DNA of 64,000 nucleotides from Macrostomum lignano (GCA_002269645.1 NIVC01001776.1:139201-203200), one strand, 5' to 3'. Positions 36,410 through 49,951 are shown, numbered from the stretch's first letter. A program made the numbers and translations. The notes: generated from the sequence alone by a model not told the origin.

Positions 36410-39376
36410 TGAGCAGGGGACTTCCCGCACCAGATTTTATTCAACAGTGTGTGTTTAGGAAGCAGTAGTCAATGCTGAGTTGTAGCATTGAGTGACTATT
36501 ACTGATTGGAGAGTTGCATCAATGCAATTCAGATTAAGCGATTGATTAAATTTATCCTAATAATTCTAACTATTGGGGGTTTTGTTTTATAGACATTTGT
36601 CAGATCAATGTGTGTGCTATAGGAAGTCCTCATGTCCCAACTGTGGCCAATTTGTTTTTTTGGCTCACTGGGAGAATGCATTAAATTTTCTTGGATCATA
36701 AAGAAAGCTGGCTTTCTTGGATCATAAAGTTTACCCCAGTGGTGACTTGATTTCTACTAAAGTTTATTGCAAACCAAACTATATTGACCTTGAACAATAA
36801 TGCTCTTTGTTCAAGGCAGTGAAAACTTGGTCTGATTAAATGCATGCTTCATTGGACTTTGGATTTTTATCATGAAGTTGAAATGCTCAGTCAAAAAAAT
36901 TCTTTAATCCCTCTTTAATTGTGTAAACTTATGTTAATGCTCGCATCCAATTAACTTAATATTTCAAATGTGTAAAGAATTTTTATATTCTGTATCTATG
37001 GGTTAATAACTGCATTAAACTATTTAAAGTGTACATGGGTGGGTGCCTTGTGATGTGTATACCACACAATTGTTGGATGTTATTGGAATATGCATTTTAT
37101 TAGGATAATTATAAGCATAACAGTGTCTTATAACTTAAGCATACATATTAGGAAACTTTAGTAACTACTATGCAATGTGCAAGAGGAACAGTGAAAACTT
37201 ATTCTAATATGTTTTACCAATTAGTTTGTCTGCAAAGCAGATCTTTGGTTCTATGCTTCCCTTCTTATTTTGCAACCTTAATATCAAAGTCAATAGTTGA
37301 GTCATTTTATTTGATGATACACTTACAACAGCAACAAGGAGGCCAGACAAATGATACCCTGCAGCTATGGACCAAGCTGGCTTAGACCATGGCCCCCATT
37401 GGCAGCAAAGCTAGCAAGTTATTTCTTGACTAGGCTGCATGTAGATGTATCATTCTAGCAGTAATAATTGTGGTCTACACTTGCATAGGGTGCCATTTTT
37501 TATTCCCAGTCTAAGGCAATAGCACATGCCACTAGTAAGGTGATGGACAAGAAGAAAAATGCTGCAGGCAGCTACTCCTTGATTGGTGATATGGTGATAC
37601 AAATAAGTAGAACTAGTAAAGACTATAATACTTGTATATAGTATACAAGTTGGCATATAAGCAACTTTATTCTTAGCATAATTTTTTATTAATATCAGCA
37701 TAGAATAAAAAACTAGAATTTTCATTCCATTGTATGCCTACCATGGTCTAGACTAGGGTTTGCACTGCAGTGCTGATAAATCCCTCTTCTCTTAACCAGC
37801 TTAGTAAATTAACTGCACTTATAAACTAGATTAACCTTTTTAATCATTGATCAATAAGCCTGCCTAGCATTAGCTTGAGTAATTTGCCAGGCAACTAATG
37901 ACATAAAAATACCAAATTTCTTGATTCCAAATAAGCTCTGAGAAATATCAGTCTATAATACATTAATTATAGTGGTAGTAGCACTATTATAATTATAGTA
38001 GGAATCAAAGTATATACATATATATTGATTTGTGTTTAGACCAGAATGAACTATGTCAAACTTATAATTACTTGATTATGACTTGAACTACCTTCTCCCT
38101 GGAATTGAAGACCTGGCAAATAGAATAACCCAATGGAATTAATGAGTTCTACACAAAAAATTAACTTGAATTGTGCAAACTCACATGTAGGCACTAGGTA
38201 ACAATTCAAAAGTCTAAACTACCCCAATTTAGAATTTTGTCTCAAACTGCCCCCATCTTAGAGAGACCACTCCCTGCTAGTTTTCTATTAAAAAGGTCAC
38301 CATTGAAACTAATATAGTAATTACTTTATATTTTAATATTAGAATAGAATCATGTACACATTTTTGAACAAAAAAAGTTCACTTAAAATGACCTATAGGA
38401 AGTTATCTACACCCAATGTGCAAGCATTCTTAGCAGTTATGCACTCTTTTATAAAAAATGAATCTCCTAAACCCAATATTTTCAAGCAAATTTGGCACAG
38501 TTTTGAAAATGTACAAAAATGTACATTGTACACCCATAGTGCAGAAGGATTTCTGTATACGACGGAAGGTAAATTTTCATTTCGGCCTGTTGTACGACAG
38601 TACGACAGGGATTGGAAAATGGTACTAGTGTTGTACGACAGAGTTAGAGTTTAAGGAAGTGCTGTACGACAAAAATAGTGGCACTTACATATGTGGGTAG
38701 GTGCAGGAAATTCTTGATATTGCGTTTTTTTCAATATGCAAAGTAAAACAACAGATATATTGTACTTTTCTGCTTGCAATGTAAGGTATAGTTTTGCGCC
38801 AATAAAATTGAATTTAAGAGTTTGTACGAATTTCTTCTAATATACTAAAAATGAAATGCTTGGTTGCTTGCTTGTAATTGATTTTCTCCCGAACGGCTCA
38901 ACCGATTTTCTTCAAACTTGAACCATTCGATCAGAAATTTTCCCGGGACGGTACATGCATATTGGCTAAGAAATTGCTCAATGTTAAAGGGATTAAATAT
39001 TCGAAAAACATGATTTTTTGCAAAGGTCAAGCAGCTCTTTCGACCTGAAATGCATTGTAAGAATGCTAGAGAAAAATCTGACTGGTTGAATTCTGATTCT
39101 GAAATAGATTGCATCACAATACACTTTATTTATCGTCTGTGTACTGGCTGAATTTGACACTCAATTGAATTGCGTCACAGCTTTGAGGGTGAAAGTATAG
39201 TGCAGTACTGAATTTATATTACGTAACCATATTGTTAACTTTCATAGACACTGGTACTGACTTGCCTAAGAAATTGATTATGTCATAACTGCTTCGCGTG
39301 ACTTTTTACTCTACCTGACTTGGTGTGAGTGTTGAATTAATTATATAAGTGGTACAAATTCACTGATAACTTCGAT

Positions 39377-39469
39377 GAGAGCTAGCCTAGAGCTGAGCAG
39401 ACCAGACTGCTAATGCAGCGACCTGGGTTCGAATCTAAGTAGTTTAAAAGTAGTAGTGTAAAATTTTTT
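39377..39469 (+). promoter_or_regulatory. tRNA-like Pol III cassette 1 (A box, B box, T6)
   Basis: TAGCCTAGAG, GACTGCTAAT (Ser-GCU-like loop), GGTTCGAATC (39426-39435) and TTTTTT (39464-39469). The cloverleaf stems do not pair, so this is not a functional tRNA. Confidence 0.65.
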
Positions 39470-39507
39470 ATTAAAAGCTTTTATTAAAGGACTAAATAAA
39501 AACACTT

Positions 39508-41838
39508 AGATTACTGCACTCGATAAGCTAAGGATTATTGCTCTTGGCAAACCAAGGAATACTGCACTCGATAAGCCAAGGATTATTGCTCTTGGCAAAC
39601 CAAGGATTACTGCACTCGATAAGCCATGGATTATTGCTATTAATAAACCAAGGATTACTGCACTCGATAAGCCAAGGATTATTGCTATTAATAAACCATG
39701 AATTACTGCACTCGATAAGCCAAGGATTATTGCTATTAATAAACCAAGGATTACTGCACTCATAAGCCATGGATTATTGCTATTAATAAACCAAGGATTA
39801 CTGCACTCGATAAGCCAAGGATTATTGCTATTAATAAACCAAGGATTACTGCACTCGATAAACCAAGGATTATTGCTATTAATAAACCAAGGATTACTGC
39901 ACTCGATAAGCCAAGGACTATTGCTATTAATAAACCAAGGATTACTGCACTCAATAAACCAAGGACTATTGCTCTTGGCAAACCAAGGATTACTGCACTC
40001 GATAAGCCAAGGACTATTGCTCTTGGCAAACCAAGGATTACTGCACTCGATAAGCCATGGATTATTGCTATTAATAAACCAAGGATTACTGCACTCGATA
40101 AGCCAAGGATTATTGCTATTAATAAACTAAGGATTACTGCACTCGATAAACCAAGGATTATTGCTATTAATAAACCAAGGATTATGCACTTGGCAAACTA
40201 AGGATTACTGCAATCGATAAGCCAAGGATTATTGCTATTAATAAACCAAGCATTACTGCACTCAATAAACCAAGGACTATTGCTATTAATAAACCAAGGA
40301 TTACTGCACTCAAAAACCAAGGACTATTGCTCTTGGCAAACCAAGGATTACTGCACTCGATAAGCCAAGGATTATTGCTATTAATAAACCAAGGATTACT
40401 GCACTCGATAAGCCAAGGATTATTGCTATTAATAAACCAAGGATTAATGCACTCGATAAACCAAGGATTATTGCTATTAATAAACCAAGGATTACTGCAC
40501 TCGATAAGCCAAGGATTATTGCTATTAATAAACCAAGGATTATGCACTTGGCAAACCAAGGATTACTGCACTCGATAAGCCAAGGATTATTGCTATTAAT
40601 AAACCAAGGATTACTGCACTCAATAAACCAAGGACTATTGCTATTAATAAACCAAGGATTACTGCACTCAATAAACCAAGGACTATTGCTCTTGGCAAAC
40701 CAAGGATTACTGCACTCGATAAGCCAAGGACTATTGCTCTTGGCAAACCAAGGATTACTGCACTCGATAAGCCATGGATTATTGCTATTAATAAACCAAG
40801 GATTACTGCACTCGATAAGCCAAGGATTATTGCTATTAATAAACCAAGGATTACTGCACTCAAAAAACCAAGGACTATTGCTCTTGGCAAACCAAGGATT
40901 ACTGCACTCGATAAGCCATGGATTATTGCTATTAATAAACCAAGGATTACTGCACTCGATAAGGCATGGATTATTGCTATTAATAAACCAAGGATTACTG
41001 CACTCGATAAGCCAAGGATTATTGCTATTAATAAACCAAGGATTACTGCACTCGATAAGGCATGGATTATTGCTATTAATAAACCAAGGATTACTGCACT
41101 CGATAAGCCAAGGATTATTGCTATTAATAAACCATGAATTACTGCACTCAATAAACCAAGGACTATTGCTATTAATAAACCAAGGATTACTGCACTCAAT
41201 AAACCAAGGACTATTGCTCTTGGCAAACCAAGGATTACTGCACTCGATAAGCCAAGGACTATTGCTCTTGGCAAACCAAGGATTACTGCACTCGATAAGC
41301 CATGGATTATTGCTATTAATAAACCAAGGATTACTGCACTCGATAAGCCAAGGATTATTGCTATTAATAAACCAAGGATTACTGCACTCAATAAACCAAG
41401 GACTATTGCTCTTGGCAAACCAAGGATTACTGCACTCGATAAGCCAAGGACTATTGCTCTTGGCAAACCAAGGATTACTGCACTCGATAAGCCATGGATT
41501 ATTGCTATTAATAAACCAAGGATTACTGCACTCGATAAGGCATGGATTATTGCTATTAATAAACCAAGGATTACTGCACTCGATAAGCCAAGGATTATTG
41601 CTATTAATAAACCAAGGATTACTGCACTCGATAAGGCATGGATTATTGCTATTAATAAACCAAGGATTACTGCACTCGATAAGCCAAGGATTATTGCTAT
41701 TAATAAACCATGAATTACTGCACTCGATAAGCCAAGGATTATTGCTATTAATAAACCAAGGATTACTGCACTCGATAAGCCATGGATTATTGCTATTAAT
41801 AAACCAAGGATTACTGCACTCGATAGCCAAGGATTACT
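39508..41838. repeat. Array A: 48-bp dimer of two related 24-mers (CCAAGGATTACTGCACTCGATAAG + CCAAGGATTATTGCTATTAATAAA)
   Basis: Tandem units are visible directly. The variant AAGGCATGG recurs at a 576-bp spacing (40961/41537 and 41057/41633). Confidence 0.97.
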
Positions 41839-41889
41839 GCGCTTGATAAGCTTGGCTACATGTATAGGATTATTTCTATCCAGGGATGC

Positions 41890-42095
41890 TTGCTATTTAG
41901 GGATTCTTGCTATGTGCAGGATGCTTGCTATCTGGAAGGATGCTTCTACATTATTTGGGGTATGCTTGCTATCTGCAAGATGCTTGCTATCTGCAAGATG
42001 CTTGCTATCTGCAGATGCTTGCTATCTGGGTGGATGCTTGCTAGGAGTATTAGGGGATGCTTGCTACTGGGGGGATGCTTGCTGTCTTGGGAATA
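41890..42095. repeat. Degenerate TGCTTGCTATCT repeat
   Basis: The same motif family recurs at 48847-49165. Confidence 0.85.
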
Positions 42096-42127
42096 TTTTC
42101 TATTTAGGGGTAATGACTAAAATTCAT

Positions 42128-42208
42128 GAGAGCTAGCCTAGAGGTAAACAGACTAAACTGCTAAATGCAGGGACGATGGTTCGAATTTTTAGAGAGTAGA
42201 GTTTTTTT
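42128..42208 (+). promoter_or_regulatory. tRNA-like Pol III cassette 2
   Basis: GAGAGCTAGCCTAGAG...ACTGCTAAATGCAG...GGTTCGAAT followed by T7 at 42202-42208. Confidence 0.6.
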
Positions 42209-42244
42209 AATTAAAGCCTTTTAACGCCAAGACAAAAAAAATTA

Positions 42245-43260
42245 TGGAAGCGTCATGTAAACAATCATACAAGCGTCATGTAAACAATCATAGAAGCGTC
42301 ATGTAAACAATCATAGAAGCGTCATGTAAAAATCATAGAAGCGTAATGTAAAAATCATAGAAGCGTAATGTAAACAATCATAGAAGCGTCATGTTAAAAT
42401 CATAAAAGCGTCATGTAAACAATCATACAAGCGTCATGTAAAAATCATAGAAGCGTCATGTAAAAATCATAGAAGCGTCATGTTAAAATCATAAAAGCGT
42501 CATAAAAAATCATAGAAGCGTCATGCAAGCAATCATAGAAGCGTAATGTAAACAATCATAGAAGCGTCATGTTAAAATCATACAAGCGTCATGTAAACAA
42601 TCATACAAGCGTCATGTAAACAATCATAGAAGCGTCATGTAAAAAAATCATAGAAGCGTCATGTTAAAATCATAGAAGCGTCATGTAAACAATCATAGAA
42701 GCGTCATGTAAACAATCATAGAAGCGTCATGTAAAAATCATAGAAGCGTCATGTAAAAATCATAGAAGCGTCATGTAAACAATCATAAAAGCGTCATGTA
42801 AACAATCATAGAAGCGTCATGTATACAATCATAGAAGCGTCATGTAAACAATCATAGAAGCGTCATGTAAAAAATCATAGAAGCGTCATGTAAAAATCAT
42901 AGAAGCGTCATGTAAAAATCATAGAAGCGTCATGTAAAAATCATAGAAGCGTCATGTAAAAATCAAAGAAGCGTCATGTAAAAAATCATAGAAGCGTCAT
43001 GTAAAAATCATAAAAGCGTCATGTAAAAAATCATAGAAGCGTCATGTAAACAATCATACAAGCGTCATGTAAACAATCATAGAAGCGTCATGTAAAAATC
43101 ATACAAGCGTCATGTAAACAAGCATAGAAGCGTCATGAAAAAATTATAGAAGCCTCATATAAAAACTAATGAAAGTGTGTCATTTAAAAAATTAAGAAGC
43201 ATCATGGAAGAATAAAAGAAGCGTAACGTAAAAATCAAAAGAAGCGTCATGTCAGACATG
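42245..43260. repeat. Array B: 22-23 bp minisatellite (AAACAATCATAGAAGCGTCATGT)
   Basis: Tandem units are visible directly and decay at the 3' end. Confidence 0.96.
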
Positions 43261-44104
43261 AAAGAAATGTCATATAAAAATTAAATGAAGCTATAGTACA
43301 GTGCTGTGCTGGGGAGAATTACTGAGACGTCAAGGCTCACAGAGAATAACTGAGATTACAGGGGGGTTTCTGAGATGTTAAAGCAAAAGTCAGAAGCTAC
43401 TTCAAAGTACATGTACTTTACTTAAGTTTTTTATTGCATTCTTTGTTGGCTTGCCACGGTGGGGGGGGCGCTGATAGAAGAAGAGTCATGTAAAAATAAA
43501 AGGAGCACTATGTATACATAAAATAAAAGTCATGTCAAAGTTAAAAGATTCATTTGGGAATTGCTACGATGTCAAAGCTTGGAGGGAATCGTTATAGTGC
43601 TGTGATTCTTAAAGAAGGAATCACTTAAATGCCAAGGCTTAGGGAAGAAGAATTGCTGTGATTTCAAGGCTTTAGGTTGGGTGAAAGTTAGGTTTACGTC
43701 AGGTTTGGGTTGAGGGTTAGATTTTAGCGCGTTTCAAGGTTAACAGGGGATTTTTTAGATTTCAAGGTTTATGGGGGCATCGCTGACATGTCAAGGCTTA
43801 CGAGGGGAATCTATCTATCTATCTATAGCTGAGATGTCAAGGCTCACGGGGGAATAAATGAGATGTCAAGGCTAATGTCAGAAGCTACATGTAGTTTATT
43901 GGAAAAAAGTTATTACATTATTTGTTGGCTCCTCACGGGAGGGATCGCTGATAGAAAAAGCGTAATGTAAAAAAAAAAGAAGCTTCATGTCAAAGTTAAG
44001 AGATTCATTTGGGAATCCCTACGATGTCGAGGCTTGCAGGGAATCGCTATAATGCTGTAGTAGTGCTATAGACTCTTAGAGAGAATTACTGAAATTTCAA
44101 TGCT

Positions 44105-44138
44105 TTAGGGTTAGGGTTAGGGTTAGGGTTAGGGTTAG
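44105..44138 (+). repeat. Interstitial telomere-type repeat (TTAGGG)5 + TTAG
   Basis: Perfect copies are seen directly. A degenerate equivalent lies at ~43670-43725 in the paralogous half of a ~480-bp internal duplication. Confidence 0.85.
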
Positions 44139-45182
44139 AAAATAGACAGATTTTTTAAGATTTCAAGGCTTGTGGGAGCATTGCTGAGATGTCAAGGGGG
44201 GAGTTGATATGTTAAGGCTTGTGGGGGGGGATTTCTGACATGTCAAGGCTTACAAGGGTACTGGTAGCGTACTGAAGCATACTGGTAGAAGTAGCTCTGA
44301 AAGAAGGCAAGTATGGTTGAATTTCAATGTCTGTTATAAAATTCTGCACAAACATGTTTTATTGGTACATAAGCCTGGAATTAAAATGAGAATTCGATTC
44401 CTAGCCCCCCTCCCTAAGAATTTTTTTTCATTTAAAAGGATTCGTCCCTTGCTTATTGGCCACCCCGAAGGCCATTTTTTATCAAAATGATAAAAATAAT
44501 TTTTATCAAACACGTTGACATATACAGGGCTCTAAACTAAAAACTGTAAAAAGTTGATAGTTTTGTTTTACCTAAAATGCGTTATTAACGATCTCCAAAA
44601 ATTCCTATTTTAAGCTTAAGCTTAAGAAAAACACTTAAAGTACTCCTGCTAAAAGGTATATTATATTAGACGAATATTAATTATTTCTGCTCCCCGAAGG
44701 GGGGCAAAACTTTAGCTAGTCTTCTTAATATAATATACTAAAAATGAAATGCTTGGTTGCTTGCTTGTAATTGATTTTCTCCCGAACGGCTCAACCGATT
44801 TTCTTCAAACTTGCACCATTGGGACGGTACATGCATATTGGCTAAGAAATTGCTCAATGTTAAAGGGATTAAATATTCGAAAAACATGATTTTTTGCAAA
44901 GGTCAAGCAGCTCTTTCGACCTGAAATGCATTGTAAGAATGCTAGAGAAAAAACTGACTGACTGAATTCCGATTGTGATAAAGATTGCATCACAACAAGT
45001 TGAAAACAGTGCCGAACAAATGCACACAAAACTTGAATGAAATTGCGTAACCATATTGCCAACTTAAATTGAGACTGAATCTGGCTGACTGAGAAATTGA
45101 TTATGTCATAATTTTTTACTCCAATTGACTTGCTGTAAGAATTGAATTATAAGGGCCACAATTCATGTTCTCCAATTGAAAA

Positions 45183-45263
45183 GAGATAGCCCTGATGCGA
45201 ACAGACTGGAATGCTAAAGTAGCGACCTGGGTTCGAATCTTAGTAGTGCAAAGAGATTTTTTT
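45183..45263 (+). promoter_or_regulatory. tRNA-like Pol III cassette 3
   Basis: GAGATAGCCCTGATG...CGACCTGGGTTCGAATCT followed by T7 at 45257-45263. Confidence 0.55.
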
Positions 45264-45295
45264 ATTAAAACACCTTAAAAACACAACAAAACTGC

Positions 45296-48200
45296 TAAAC
45301 ATCAAAGAAGCGCAATTTCAAACATAGAAGAGCCAACATATCGAACATAAGAGTTACCATGTCAAACATAGAAGAGCCACCATGTCGAACATTAAAGAGC
45401 CACCATGTCGAACATAAAAGAGCCACCATGTCAAACATTAAAGAGCCACCATTTCGAACATTAAAGAGCCGCCATGTCAAACATTTAAGAGCCACCATGT
45501 CGAACATAAAAGAGCCACCATTTCGAACATTAAAGAGCCACCATTTCGAACATTAAAGGGCCACTATGTCAAACATTTAAGAGCCACCATGTCAAACATT
45601 AAAGAGCCACTTTGTCGAACATTAAAGAGCCACCATGTCAAACATAAAAGACCCACCATGTAAAACATAAAAGACCCACTATGTCAAACATAAAAGAGCC
45701 ACCATTTCCAACATTAAAGAGCCACCATTTCGAACATTAAAGAGCCACCATTTTGAACATTAAAGAGCCACTATGTTAAAAAATTAGGAGCCAACATGTC
45801 AAACATTAAAGAGCCACCATTTTGAACATTAAAGAGCCACCATGTCGAACATTAAAGAGCCACCATGTCGAACATTAAAGAGCCAACATGTCAGACATTA
45901 AAGAGCCACATTGTCAAACATTAAAGAGCCACTATGTCTACCATAAAAGAGCTATACCATGAAGAACATTAAAGAGCCACCATGTCAAACATAAAAGAGC
46001 CACCATGTAGAATATTAAAGAGCCACCATGTGAAACATTAAAGAGCCACCATGTCGAACATTAAAGAGCCACCATGTCAAAAATTTAAGAGCCACCATGT
46101 CAAACATTTAAGAGCCACCATGTCAAACATTTAAGAGCTACCATGTCAAACATTTAGGAGCCACCATGTCAAACATATATGTGACTTTATGTCAAACATT
46201 AAAGAGCCACCATGTCAAACATTAAAGAGCCACATTGTCAAACATTAAAGAGCCACTATGTCTACCATAAAAGAGCTATGCCATGAAGAACATTAAAAAG
46301 CCACCATGTCAAACATAAAAGAGCCACCATGTAGAATATTAAAGAGCCACCATGTGAAACATTAAAGAGCCACCATGTCGAACATAAAAGAGCCACCATG
46401 TCAAACATTTAAGAGCCACCATGTCAAACATTTAAGAGCCACCATGTCAAACATTTAAGCGCCACCATGTCAAACATATATGTGACTTTATGTCAAACCT
46501 TAAAGAGCCACCATGTCGAACGTTAAAGTGCCACTATGTGTAACATAAAAGAGCTACATCATGAAGAACATTAAAGAGCCACCATGTTAAACATTAAAGA
46601 GCCACCATGTGAAACATTAAAGAGCCACCATGTGAAACATTAAAGAGCCACCATGTCAAACATTTAAGAGCTACCATGTCAAACCTAAAAGAGCCACCAT
46701 GTCGAACATTAAAGAGCCACCATGTCGAACATTAAAGAGCCACCATGTCGAACATTAAAGAGCCAACATGTCAGACATAAAAAAGCCACCGTATCAAACA
46801 TAAGAGTTACCATGTAGAACAAAAAAGATCCACCATGTTGAACATTCAAGAGGCACCATGTCAAACATATATGTGACTTTATGTCAAACATTAAAGAGCC
46901 ACCATTTCGAACATTTAAGAGCCACCATGTCGAACATAAAAGAGCCACCATGTCAAACATTTAAGAGCCACCATGTAAAACATTTAAGAGCCACCATGTC
47001 AAACATTTAAGAGCCACCATGTCAAACATATATGTGACTTTATGTCAAACATTAAAGAGCAACCATGTCGAACGTTTAAGTGCCACTATGTGTAACATAA
47101 AAGAGCTACATCATGAAGAACATTAAAGAGCCACCATGTTAAACATTAAAGAGCCACCACGTGAAACATTAAAGAGCCACCATGTCAAACATTTAAGAGC
47201 TACCATGTCAAACCTAAAAGAGCCACCATGTCGAACATAAAAGAGCCACCATTTCAAACATTGAAGAGCCACCATTTCGAACATTAAAGAGCCACCATGT
47301 CAAACAATTAAGAGCCACCATGTTAAACATTAAAGAGCCACTATGTCGAACATTAAAGAGCCACCATGTCAAACATAAAAGAGCCAACATGTCAGACATT
47401 AAAAAGCCACCGTATCAAACATAAAAGACTTACCATGTAGAACAAAAAAGAGCCACCATGTCGAACAAAAAAGAGCCACCATGAAGAACATTAAGGAGCT
47501 ACCATTTCGAACATTAAAGAGCCACCATGTCGAACATTAAAGAGCCACCATGTAGAATATTAAAGAGCCACCATGACAAACATTAAAGAGCCACCATGTC
47601 AAACATTTAGAAGCCACCATGTGAAACATTAAAGAGCCACCATGTTAAACATTAAAGAGCCACCATTTCAAACATAGATGAGCCACCATGTTAGATATTA
47701 AAAAGAGCCACCATGTCGAACATAAAAGAGCCACCATGTCAAACATTTAAGAGCCACCATGTCAAAAATATATGTGACTTTATGTCAAACATTAAAGAGC
47801 CACCATGTCGAACATTAAAGATCCACCATGTAAAACATTAAAGAGCCACATTGTCAAACATAAAAGAGCCATTATGTCGTACATTTAAGAGCCACCATGT
47901 AAAACATTAAAGAGCCACATTGTCAAACATAAAAGAGCCATTATGTCGTACATTAAAGAGCCACCATGTAAAACATTAAAGAGCCACCATGTCAAAACAT
48001 AAAAGTGCCATCAAGTCAAACCTAAAAGAGCCACCATGTCAAACATAAAAGAGCCACCATATCGATCATTAAAGAGCCACCATGTCAAACATTAAAGAGC
48101 CATTATGTCAAATCTAAAGGAGCCATCATGTCGAACATTAAAGAGCCACCATGTCAAACATAAATCTGGCATGATGTCAAACATTAAAGTGCCACCATAT

Positions 48201-48845
48201 CGAACATTAAAGAGCCACCATGTCTAACAGTAAAGAGCCACCATGTCGAACATAAAAGAGCCACCATATCGAACATTAAAGAGCCACCATGTCAAACATT
48301 AAAGAGCCATTATGTCAAATCTAAAGGAGCCACCATGTCGAACATTAAAGAGCCACCATGTCAAACATAAATCTGGCATGATGTCAAACATTAAAGTGCC
48401 ACCATATCGAACATTAAAGAGCCACCATGTCTAACAGTAAAGAGCCACCATGTCGAACATTAAAGGGCCACCATGTAGAACATTAAAGAGCCACCATGTC
48501 GAACATAAAAGAGCCACCATGTCAAACATTAAATAACCACCATGTCGAACATTAAAGAACCACCATGTCAAACATTAAAGAGCCACCATGTAAAACATTA
48601 AAGAGCCACCATGTCAAACATGTATGTGACTTTATGTCAAACATTAAAGAGCCACCATGTCAAACATGTATGTGACTTTATGTCAAACATTAAAGAGCCA
48701 CCATGTAAAACATTAAAGAGCCACCATGTCAAACATGTATGTGACTTTATGTCAAACAATAAAGAGCCACCATTTCGAACATTAAAGAGCCACCATGTCA
48801 AACATTAAAGAGCCACCATGTCGAACAGTAAAAAGCCACCATGTC
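45296..48845. repeat. Array C: 23-bp minisatellite (AAACATTAAAGAGCCACCATGTC), ~3.5 kb
   Basis: Tandem units are visible directly. Confidence 0.97.
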
Positions 48846-48846
48846 G

Positions 48847-49165
48847 CTTGCTATCTGGGGGTGCTTGCTATCTGGGAGAGCCTGCTATCTGGGGGTGCTT
48901 GCTATCTGGTGGTGCTTGCTATCTGGGGGTGCTTGCTATCTGGAAGTGCTTGCTATCTGGGGGTGCCTGCTATCTGGGGTGCCTGCTATCTGGGGGTGCT
49001 TGCTATCTGGGGGTGCTTGCTATCTGGGGGTGCCTGTTATCTGGGGGTGCCTGCTATCTGGGGGTGCCTGCTATCTGGGGGATGCTTGCTAACTGGGGGT
49101 GCCTGCTATCTGGGGGGGGGGTGCTTGCTATCTGGAGGTGCTTGCTATCTGAGGGGATGCTTGCT
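48847..49165. repeat. 16-17 bp repeat (GGGGTGCTTGCTATCTG)
   Basis: Seen directly. Confidence 0.9.
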
Positions 49166-49951
49166 GTCTTAGGATGTTTTCTTTCCCAGTGGTTAGAAAA
49201 ATTGGGGCGTACCCTCTAGGCCGGCGCCCCGGCGGCCCTCAAGGGTACGCCCCATCCCGCAAGATAAAAGTTTGTAGGTTTTCTTCTTTGTACGTATGAA
49301 ATATTTTTGTGAGGAAATTATGTAAAGAGCAGAATTTTTAAAGTTGATTTTTTTAGTTTCGGGTGTTTTTGTGCTCGAACCTGACAGTACGCTTTTCAGT
49401 ACGTGCAGTGGACAGTGGGGCGAACTATTGATATCCTTATTAATTATTTTCTTGTATAATGAGCTCATTATTTATTTGCATTGACCAATCCTCATACTAC
49501 AGCTAACTTGAACTTTTAACCCTTTGAGCAGCCATCTCTTTGAAAAATTGCTGCAAGCTCCAAAGTGGGGTATAGGCGACTCGTGCAAATTTTTCTGAGT
49601 TTCATACACTTCAGAAATTGGATGTGAACGCAAAAGTGTGCGTTTTAGCCTACCTACTTATAAGTAATACCTTTTGATCTTCGAAATCAACGCAACAAAA
49701 AATATATTTTTTAATACTCCACTACTTAAGCACTAGCGCATGTACAATGTTGCTTGTATTCTTAAGTTTTCATTTAGATGAGTCCGATTTGGTGGTCAAT
49801 TCAGGATTTTTAAAGTAGTGGGGCAGATTTGCCCAAATTTTTGTTTTGGTCTAAAAAGCCAAAGTAAGCTCAAAATTTACCCCCCTTATATGCAAGTCCA
49901 GCCATGGCAAAGGGGGCGGCCGCCGGGTCTACTACATCTACGAGTACATTT

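Larger units (their letters stand above)
38833..44719 (+). mobile_element. Non-autonomous Helitron-like element, copy 1
   Basis: The 5' end TC...AATATACTAAAAATGAAATGCTTGGTTGCTTGCTTG...CGGCTCAACCGATTTT has the layout of Lep1-type Helitron 5' ends. The 3' end has a GC hairpin (GCTCCCC-GAA-GGGGGGC, 44689-44705) and CTAG (44716-44719). No Rep/helicase ORF. Confidence 0.75.

Noticed and set aside
37383-37750. 10-bp inverted repeat TAGACCATGG/CCATGGTCTA, possible MITE
   Set aside because: Too short, and partly palindromic, to distinguish from chance without other copies.
39377-39440. Functional tRNA-Ser gene (also the Val-like head at 34395-34465)
   Set aside because: The acceptor and anticodon stems do not pair and the copies are embedded in mobile elements. 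I treat them as tRNA-derived heads.
39506-48845. CRISPR-like regular repeats
   Set aside because: There are no unique spacers and no cas genes, and the context is eukaryotic. These are minisatellites.
49514-49530. TTAA-CCCTT piggyBac-like end
   Set aside because: No matching opposite terminus was found in the window.
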